A DNA stretch of 64,000 nt, from contig OY969724.1 of NCBI GenBank assembly GCA_963702205.1, forward strand, positions 544,001 through 608,000. The letters run 5' to 3'. The translations under genes were made by a program, and so were the position numbers. Source of the stretch: an uncultured candidate division Zixibacteria bacterium. Lineage in GTDB: Bacteria > Zixibacteria > MSB-5A5 > GN15 > PGXB01. Every line of letters begins with the position of its first letter. Position 1 is the stretch's first letter. Below are positions 57,443-64,000 of this stretch, piece by piece. Below the pieces are notes generated by a model, which ran no database searches, was not told the origin of the DNA, and worked only from the letters and a program-made list of their open reading frames with translations.

Positions 57443-57890
57443 TTAATCGTCGTCATCGCCTTTGGGTATGTCGCCGCCGTGGGCTTTAACCCAGTTGAAT
57501 ATAATTTCCTTTTCGCGCTGGTCGGGTTTGGCCGCTGAGTGCATTATCAGGTATGTCGACGGCGGCATGTCGCCGCCTTTTACTTCCTCGCCGACGCCCT
57601 CGGCGATTTTGGCCTTTTTCAGGTCGGAGTAGGTACCCCAGTCGGAGAAGTCAAAATGGTGCCGACCCTCGTTAACGTCACTGGCCACCAGCCACGATAC
57701 CGGCGCGACGTGTGATGTACCACGGCCAAACGGTCTCATTGGAATGACAGTCATAGCACGATTTCTGGAACGCGGCTTTGACGTCGGCGGGGCCGTCGAA
57801 ATCGGCCGTGACCGGCGGGTTGGTCTTGGTAACCGGAATGAACTGGATTAATATCAATGCGGCGAAAATGCCCAGAATAATAATTTTCAT
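57443..57890 (-). pseudogene. Haem-binding-domain (c-type cytochrome) protein with +1 frameshift at ~57716 (may be a sequencing error)
   Basis: SCYDCHSNETVWPWY in one frame continues as SHVAPVSWLV...MPP in another; one extra base after TAC. Span is 3n+1. Confidence 0.85.
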
Positions 57891-58104
57891 AGTATGCGGC
57901 CTCCCCAAAAAATGTAGTTATCAATTTAAACCGCAAAATCATGAGATTGTTGCATTTAATCAACTAACAAATATTGGACTTTTGGGTCACGTCAAAGCAG
58001 AGGGTCTGAGAATATAAGCAAAATATTCGCAAAAATAATTCAAGAAACCGCTTGACAAAGCCGACAAGTAATAACATATTGACATGCGATTAGGAGAATA
58101 TGAG

Positions 58105-58518
58105 ATGATATCGAAAACCGGAATACACGCTGCGCTGGCCCTGACTTTTCTGGCCGGTCTAAACCCGGGCGAATACGCCGGGGCGGCCCAGATCGCCGAT
58201 GAGGTCGGAGCGCCACGCAATTATCTCGGCAAACTGCTCAAGCTGCTTGGTGAGCAGGGATTGCTCGACTCCCAGAAAGGATTTGGCGGCGGGTTCCGTC
58301 TGGCCAAAGCGCCGGAGAAAATATCGCTTTATGATATTGTCGAGCCACTGGATAAAGTGAGCAAATGGAACGGCTGTTTTCTGGGGCGGGCACGCTGTTC
58401 GGATAAGGCTCCCTGCGCGGTCCACGAAAAGTGGTCGGTTATCCGCGAGGATTATCTTCGTTTCTTAAAAGAAACCACGGTCGCCCGGCTGGCGCGAAAG
58501 GAAGCCTCGATAAAATAG
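58105..58518 (+). CDS. Rrf2-family regulator with three Cys (NsrR-like by context)
   Basis: YLGKLL, SQKGFGGGFRLAK, CFLGRARCSDKAPCAVH. AGGAG RBS before ATG 58105. Confidence 0.92.
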   Translation: MISKTGIHAALALTFLAGLNPGEYAGAAQIADEVGAPRNYLGKLLKLLGEQGLLDSQKGFGGGFRLAKAPEKISLYDIVEPLDKVSKWNGCFLGRARCSDKAPCAVHEKWSVIREDYLRFLKETTVARLARKEASIK

Positions 58519-58580
58519 TATGTATTTTTTATGAGAAATTAAGATAATGGCATGTGATTATATACAGAAAGGAGTTTCTT

Positions 58581-59177
58581 ATGAAACCGACTGAAATTCT
58601 TTCAAACGAACACAGGGTAATTGAAATCGCCCTGGACTGCCTCGACGGCATTGTCGCGCGGGCGGAAAAAGACGGTCGCCTCGATCGGCCAGCCGCCGAA
58701 AAAGTGATCGACATAATTCGCAATTTCGCCGACCGCTGTCATCACGGCAAAGAAGAAAGCCACCTGTTTGCGGCTCTGGTCGAAAAAGGTATCCCCCGCG
58801 ACGGCGGCCCGGTCGGGCAGATGCTTCGCGAGCACGAAATGGGGCGGGGTTTTGTCGCCGGGATGGATGAAAATCTCTCGGCGGCTTCTGAGGGCGACGA
58901 GACGTCGCTGACTCGTTTTGCCGAAAATGCCCGCAATTATGTCGAGTTGCTTCGTAACCATATTCAAAAGGAAGATCGGGTGTTGTTTCCGGTTGCGGAT
59001 CGTATGCTCGACGATCAGGATCAGGACCGGGTGCTGGCGGCGTTCGGAAAAGTGGAATCAGAGCACATGGGTGAGGGGACTCACGACAAATATATAAAAA
59101 TGATAACGGAGCTGGCGCATGATTTCGGCGTTGAGCACGACCATCTGCACCATGCCTCGTGCAATTGCTCGCACTGA
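58581..59177 (+). CDS. Hemerythrin-like (HHE) domain protein
   Basis: LSNEH, CHHGKEE, MLREH, HIQKED; His/Cys tail. Confidence 0.9.
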   Translation: MKPTEILSNEHRVIEIALDCLDGIVARAEKDGRLDRPAAEKVIDIIRNFADRCHHGKEESHLFAALVEKGIPRDGGPVGQMLREHEMGRGFVAGMDENLSAASEGDETSLTRFAENARNYVELLRNHIQKEDRVLFPVADRMLDDQDQDRVLAAFGKVESEHMGEGTHDKYIKMITELAHDFGVEHDHLHHASCNCSH

Positions 59178-59233
59178 CGGCGGCGGTTTTGACTTTGTGA
59201 GCTTTTTGATAAGCCGATGGAAAGGGGAATAAT

Positions 59234-61507
59234 ATGAAAAGGTTGTGGACGGCGTTTTTGCTGGTAATAATAATCTCTTTCGGTGTCCTCGGCTGGGCCG
59301 GGTTCAGGATATACCAGCAAAAGCCGCCGATTCCGGACAGTGTCGTCACGACCGACGGCCAAATGATCGTCCCGCCGGGTGAAGTCATGGCCGGGCAGAA
59401 CGTTTGGCGGGCGATGGGCGGCATGGAACTGGGGTCGATCTGGGGGCACGGTAGTTATGTCGCGCCGGACTGGACGGCCGACTGGCTGCACCGTGAATGT
59501 ATGTTCATTCTCAATGCGTGGTCGCAGTCGAATTACAGAACCGAGTATGATAATTTAGACGGTGAACAACAGGCGGTCCTCAAGGAGCGCCTTAAGGAGA
59601 TGATGCGTCGCAATACGTATGACGTCTCCACTGGACAGATTGTTCTTGATCCGATTCGGGCCGAGGCGTTCGCGAATAACGTCGATTATTACACGAAGCT
59701 TTTCATCGAAGGCAACGAAGAGTATGCCATACCGGAAAATACGCTGACCGATAAAGGCAGGATTCGCGAACTGGCGTCGTTCTTCTTCTGGTCGGCGTGG
59801 GCGGCGTCGACCGACCGTCCCGGTGAGAGCATGACTTACACCAGCAACTGGCCGCACGAACCGCTGATCGACAACAACCCGACCAGCGACGCCATCATCT
59901 GGACCGGTTTCAGCATCATCATGCTCCTGGCCGGTATCGGGCTTCTGGTATGGTACCATGCGTCTCAAAAGAAAAATCCGTTGGCCGAGCGGATTCCCGA
60001 TACCGATCCCCTGCTGAATTCAAAAGCGACGCCGTCGCAGAAAGCGATTGTCAAATATTTCTGGGCGGTAGCCGGACTGTTTTTAATACAGATGCTTATG
60101 GGGGTCATATCGGCGCACTATGGGGTCGAGGGTAACGGATTTTACGGTATCCCGCTGGCCAAATGGCTGCCGTACGCCGTAACCCGCACCTGGCACACCC
60201 AGCTTGGTATATTCTGGATTGCGACCGCCTGGCTCGCGGCCGGGCTGTTTATCGGACCGGCGGTGAGCGGTGTGGAACTTCGGGGACAAAGGCTCGGGGT
60301 CAACGTGCTGTTTGTCGCTCTGGTTACTGTCGTGGTGGGATCGCTGACGGGCGAATGGTTGAGTGTCAAAGGGTACCTTACCGGCGACAGCTGGTTCTGG
60401 TTCGGGCATCAGGGTTTCGAGTATGTCGATCTCGGGCGCGTCTGGCAGATCGGGTTGTTGATCGGGCTGGGTTTGTGGTTGTACCTCGTCGGGCGAAATG
60501 TAATGATAGGCATAAGAAAAGGCGGCGAACAAAAGCCGCTTCTGACCATGTTTCTGATTTCGACGGTGGCCATCAGTGGTTTTTACATGGCCGGATTGAT
60601 GTGGGGCAAGAACACGCATTTGTCGCTGGCGGAATACTGGCGCTGGTGGGTAGTGCACTTGTGGGTCGAGGGATTTTTCGAAGTTTTCGCGACGGCGGTC
60701 ATCGCGTTTTTATTTTCCCGTCTGGGGCTGGTTCGTCTCAAAAGCGCCAATTCGGCGGTGTTGTTTTCGACGACTATATTTCTGACCGGCGGAATAATCG
60801 GAACGCTGCACCATCTTTATTTTGCGGGCACGCCGACGGTGGTCATGGCGCTCGGGGCCATTTTCAGTGCGCTTGAAGTGGTTCCGCTGACTATTATCGG
60901 TTTCGAGGCGTGGGATAATATCCGTTTGGCCCGATCCACGGAATGGGCCCGGAAATATCGCTGGCCGATATACTTCTTTGTCGCGGTGGCGTTCTGGAAT
61001 ATGGTCGGAGCGGGGTTGTTCGGGTTCATGATCAACCCGCCGATTGCACTGTATTACATGCAGGGGCTCAACACGACACCGGTCCACGCGCACACCGCCT
61101 TATTCGGAGTGTACGGTATGTTGGGGTTGGGGCTTATGCTCTTCTGTCTGAGGGTGTTATACGTGCGCCGCGACTGGAAGGATAAGATAATCAAGCTGGC
61201 GTTCTGGGCGATCAATATCGGGCTGGCTTTGATGGTGCTTTTGAGCCTGCTGCCGGTCGGTTTCATGCAGACCTGGGCGTCGGTGGAGCATGGATACTGG
61301 TTCGCCCGTTCCAGCGAATTTCTTTATTCGCCGACGGTCACGGTTTTCAAATGGCTGCGGGCTCCCGGGGATATTATATTCGCGTTAGGGATACTGACAC
61401 TGGTGCTGTTCGTTTTCGGCCTGGCGACGGGTTACTCATTACTAAAGGATAAACCGCGAGAACCATCACCATCGGAGACGAAAGAAAAGCCAAAGGCTGT
61501 CGCATAA
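59234..61507 (+). CDS. norB: Quinol-dependent nitric oxide reductase (qNOR)
   Basis: GSIWGHGSYVAPDWTADWLH, WWVVHLWVEGFFEVF, GTLHHLYF, HAHTALFGVYG; 757-aa single subunit. Confidence 0.96.
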   Translation: MKRLWTAFLLVIIISFGVLGWAGFRIYQQKPPIPDSVVTTDGQMIVPPGEVMAGQNVWRAMGGMELGSIWGHGSYVAPDWTADWLHRECMFILNAWSQSNYRTEYDNLDGEQQAVLKERLKEMMRRNTYDVSTGQIVLDPIRAEAFANNVDYYTKLFIEGNEEYAIPENTLTDKGRIRELASFFFWSAWAASTDRPGESMTYTSNWPHEPLIDNNPTSDAIIWTGFSIIMLLAGIGLLVWYHASQKKNPLAERIPDTDPLLNSKATPSQKAIVKYFWAVAGLFLIQMLMGVISAHYGVEGNGFYGIPLAKWLPYAVTRTWHTQLGIFWIATAWLAAGLFIGPAVSGVELRGQRLGVNVLFVALVTVVVGSLTGEWLSVKGYLTGDSWFWFGHQGFEYVDLGRVWQIGLLIGLGLWLYLVGRNVMIGIRKGGEQKPLLTMFLISTVAISGFYMAGLMWGKNTHLSLAEYWRWWVVHLWVEGFFEVFATAVIAFLFSRLGLVRLKSANSAVLFSTTIFLTGGIIGTLHHLYFAGTPTVVMALGAIFSALEVVPLTIIGFEAWDNIRLARSTEWARKYRWPIYFFVAVAFWNMVGAGLFGFMINPPIALYYMQGLNTTPVHAHTALFGVYGMLGLGLMLFCLRVLYVRRDWKDKIIKLAFWAINIGLALMVLLSLLPVGFMQTWASVEHGYWFARSSEFLYSPTVTVFKWLRAPGDIIFALGILTLVLFVFGLATGYSLLKDKPREPSPSETKEKPKAVA

Positions 61508-61533
61508 AATAGTACTATTTTCTCTTAAGATAT

Positions 61534-61567
61534 AACCCGGTTTTTATGATATATTAAAAGCCGGGTT
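61534..61567. terminator. Bidirectional terminator hairpin
   Basis: AACCCGGTTTTTA...TAAAAGCCGGGTT between convergent genes. Confidence 0.65.
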
Positions 61568-61577
61568 TAATTTTGGA

Positions 61578-62933
61578 TCAGGATTGTTCGGAGTCGTCGA
61601 TGTCGAATTTTTTTAATCTATAAATCAGGACGTGGCGTGGGACGCCGAGCCGTTTGGCGGCTTTGGTTTTGTTCCAGCCGGTTTTTTCGAGCGCTTCAAT
61701 AATCATCTTTCTTTCCGCTTCTTCAAGGGTCACGCGCGATTGTTTACCGTCGCCGTTTATTTCCTCATGCGGGTCAAAGGTGCCGAAATCGTCGGGGAGG
61801 TCATCGGCCGTGAGCGTCTCTCCCCGCCGGAGTATGACCATTCGCGCCATCAGATTTTCCAGTTCCCTAACGTTGCCCGGCCAGGCGTAATCCATCAGGG
61901 TTTCGGTCAGTTTGGAATCAAGGGTGACTTCTTGCCCACCGGAGTGCTTGCGCACGAATTCCCGGGCCAGAAGCGGAATATCTTCTTTGCGCTCTCTCAG
62001 ACTGGGGACGTGCAGCGGGACGACGTTCAGCCTATAGTACAAATCCTCACGGAAGCGCCCGGAGCGGACGCGGTCACGCAGGTCGACGTTGGACGCGGCG
62101 ATCAGGCGCACGTCGAACGGCCGCTTGTTTTCGGCTCCGACCGGCTCGACGACGTGCTCCTGAAGGACGCGCAGAAGTTTGGCCTGGAGGTCGATGGCCA
62201 GTTCGCTGATTTCATCGAGCAGGAGTGTTCCGCCATCGGCGAGTTCGAATTTTCCTTTTTTGTCTTTGACCGCGCCGGTGAAGGCGCCTTTGACATGGCC
62301 GAAAAGCTCCGACTCGATCAGCTCTTTCGGAATCGCGGCGCAGTTGACGGCGATGAATTCTTTGTCGGCGCGGGAGCTTTCCCGATGAATGCTGCGTGCG
62401 ACGACTTCTTTGCCGGTGCCCGACTCGCCGCTGATAAGAATGGTGGCGTCGGTGTCGGCGATCTTTTGTATCATCGATTTCAGTTCACGAAACGGCCGGG
62501 AGGCGCCGATCATCTGGTTGCCAGATTCGACCTTTTTTAATTTGCTGCGGAGCTTTCTGTTTTCGGATTCGAGCCTTTCGAAGCGCAGAGCCTTGTCGAT
62601 GGCGACGAACAGTTCCTCGTCGTCGAACGGTTTGGTGATATAGTCGAAGGCACCTAACTTGACCGCCTGCACGGCCTGTGTTACCGTGGCGTGGGCGGTG
62701 AGAAGTATTATTTTTATGTTGGGTTGTATGGTTCGCGCGTTTTCCAGCAGTTCGAGACCGTCCATTTTCGGCATGCGAATGTCGGAGAGCAAAAGGTCGA
62801 ACGGTTTTTCCTTCAGCGCTTCCAGGGCCTGAAGGCCGTCGGAGGCAGTCGAGACCGTATAGCCCTGCTTTTGGAGTTTGAACTGAAGGACCCGGCGAAC
62901 CGAGGAATCATCGTCGACCAGCAATATATTCAT
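61578..62933 (-). CDS. Sigma54-dependent response regulator
   Basis: Receiver domain, GESGTGKE, GAFTGA, WPGNVREL, Fis HTH. Confidence 0.95.
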   Translation of the reverse strand: MNILLVDDDSSVRRVLQFKLQKQGYTVSTASDGLQALEALKEKPFDLLLSDIRMPKMDGLELLENARTIQPNIKIILLTAHATVTQAVQAVKLGAFDYITKPFDDEELFVAIDKALRFERLESENRKLRSKLKKVESGNQMIGASRPFRELKSMIQKIADTDATILISGESGTGKEVVARSIHRESSRADKEFIAVNCAAIPKELIESELFGHVKGAFTGAVKDKKGKFELADGGTLLLDEISELAIDLQAKLLRVLQEHVVEPVGAENKRPFDVRLIAASNVDLRDRVRSGRFREDLYYRLNVVPLHVPSLRERKEDIPLLAREFVRKHSGGQEVTLDSKLTETLMDYAWPGNVRELENLMARMVILRRGETLTADDLPDDFGTFDPHEEINGDGKQSRVTLEEAERKMIIEALEKTGWNKTKAAKRLGVPRHVLIYRLKKFDIDDSEQS

Positions 62934-63991
62934 GCCTGAACTCCGGGATTTAGCGATGGGATCGTAATTTGCGCCATGGCTCCACCGCCGGGGCGATTTT
63001 CGAGTTTGATGGTGCCGCGGTGCTGATCCATTATATTTTTCGCGATAGCGAGGCCGAGGCCGGTCCCCGTCGATTTGGTCGTGAAGAAAGGTTCGAATAT
63101 TTTATTGGCATCGGTTTCGGTTATGCCGTCGCCGGAATCTTCCACGGTGATTACAGCATCGCGGTCATCCGTTTTCAGGGTGACTTCGATTGTAGATCCA
63201 TCGGGCGAGGCATCCATCGCGTTGAGCAACAGGTTAAGAATGACCTGGTGGATTTTTTCCGCGTCGCCGTTGACCTTAATCTGGTCGTCGATATGACTGA
63301 CGATGCTGATATCACGCTTTCCGGATTGCGGCTGCACCTGTCGCAGGCTGGATTGTACTATCTCGGCCAGATTGAAATCGTTCATTTGCGTTTCGCTGGG
63401 TCGCGCAAATTCGAGAAAATCACTGACGCTGGCGTTGATGCGTTTTACTTCCTTGAACACGATCGACTTGAATTCTTCACGGTCGTCGGGCGCCGTGGTA
63501 TCGTCGTTGAGAATCTCGACCGCTCCCTTGATCGACGCCAGTGGATTTTTAATTTCGTGAGCCATGCCTGCGGCGATCTGACCGACCAGGGACATTTTCT
63601 GTGAGCGTTCGAGGCGGAGGCGCATCTCCTCGGCTTTGCGCCGGGCTTTGTATTCGCGCTCGATCAGGCCGCCGGTCAATAGTGCGATGGCGAAATAGAA
63701 AACGATCTCGGTGAATTCATCGACCAAAGCGTGCACTTCGAGATGCGATCCGAGAATGTACGGTAATATCGCGACGGATATGAACAGGGCCGTAAGCAGA
63801 CCGCCTCTCAGCCCGAACCAGGTCGCGGCGATGACAATCGGGATGTAACAAAAGCGGCCGTGGATGGCGTGAATCCAGTGGATGTGCCCGAATATCGGTT
63901 CAATCAACCAGCCATAGTGGATGCCCAGCGTCAGAGAAATCACGCCGGCGAGGATGTAGATTTTGGTTGTATTCTTTTCGGGTTTCCACAT
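62930..63991 (-). CDS. Intramembrane-sensing histidine kinase
   Basis: About 4 TM helices with a His-rich loop, AHEIKNPL, NLLLNAMD, DSGDG, GTGLGL. Confidence 0.92.
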   Translation of the reverse strand: MWKPEKNTTKIYILAGVISLTLGIHYGWLIEPIFGHIHWIHAIHGRFCYIPIVIAATWFGLRGGLLTALFISVAILPYILGSHLEVHALVDEFTEIVFYFAIALLTGGLIEREYKARRKAEEMRLRLERSQKMSLVGQIAAGMAHEIKNPLASIKGAVEILNDDTTAPDDREEFKSIVFKEVKRINASVSDFLEFARPSETQMNDFNLAEIVQSSLRQVQPQSGKRDISIVSHIDDQIKVNGDAEKIHQVILNLLLNAMDASPDGSTIEVTLKTDDRDAVITVEDSGDGITETDANKIFEPFFTTKSTGTGLGLAIAKNIMDQHRGTIKLENRPGGGAMAQITIPSLNPGVQA

Positions 63992-64000
63992 TGATTGTCA

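Overview
Bacterial chromosomal segment spanning the replication origin (dnaA-dnaN-recF with DnaA-box clusters on both sides of dnaA). T9SS-type C-terminal sorting domains, cohesin/dockerin-like modules and sigma54 two-component systems suggest an FCB-group organism, most like 'Candidatus Zixibacteria' (inference). Core genes: phosphomannomutase, type-2 ileS, dksA-like, lspA, mrp, pfk, trkAH. Accessory genes: two T9SS cargo proteins, a TetR-TolC-HlyD-ABC exporter, a MacAB-type exporter, a TetR/TonB-receptor pair, a Zn/Mn uptake operon and an Rrf2-hemerythrin-qNOR nitric-oxide cluster. Best leads: (1) a small membrane protein with CxxC and a C-terminal RAPP motif, a putative metal-sensing ribosome-arrest leader, heading a porin/binding-protein/permease operon with no ATPase; (2) a 152-bp MITE in two near-identical copies, with IS-like ends around a REPIN core, inserted in REP hairpins amid several REP families; (3) a cohesin+dockerin T9SS protein with a long structured leader and twin TGTGA-N6-TCACA sites; (4) an IleRS2 with the GXHH signature; (5) two +1 frameshifts both abutting GTAC. 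No rRNA, tRNA, CRISPR array or transposase was recognised. All calls are by eye, without database searches.
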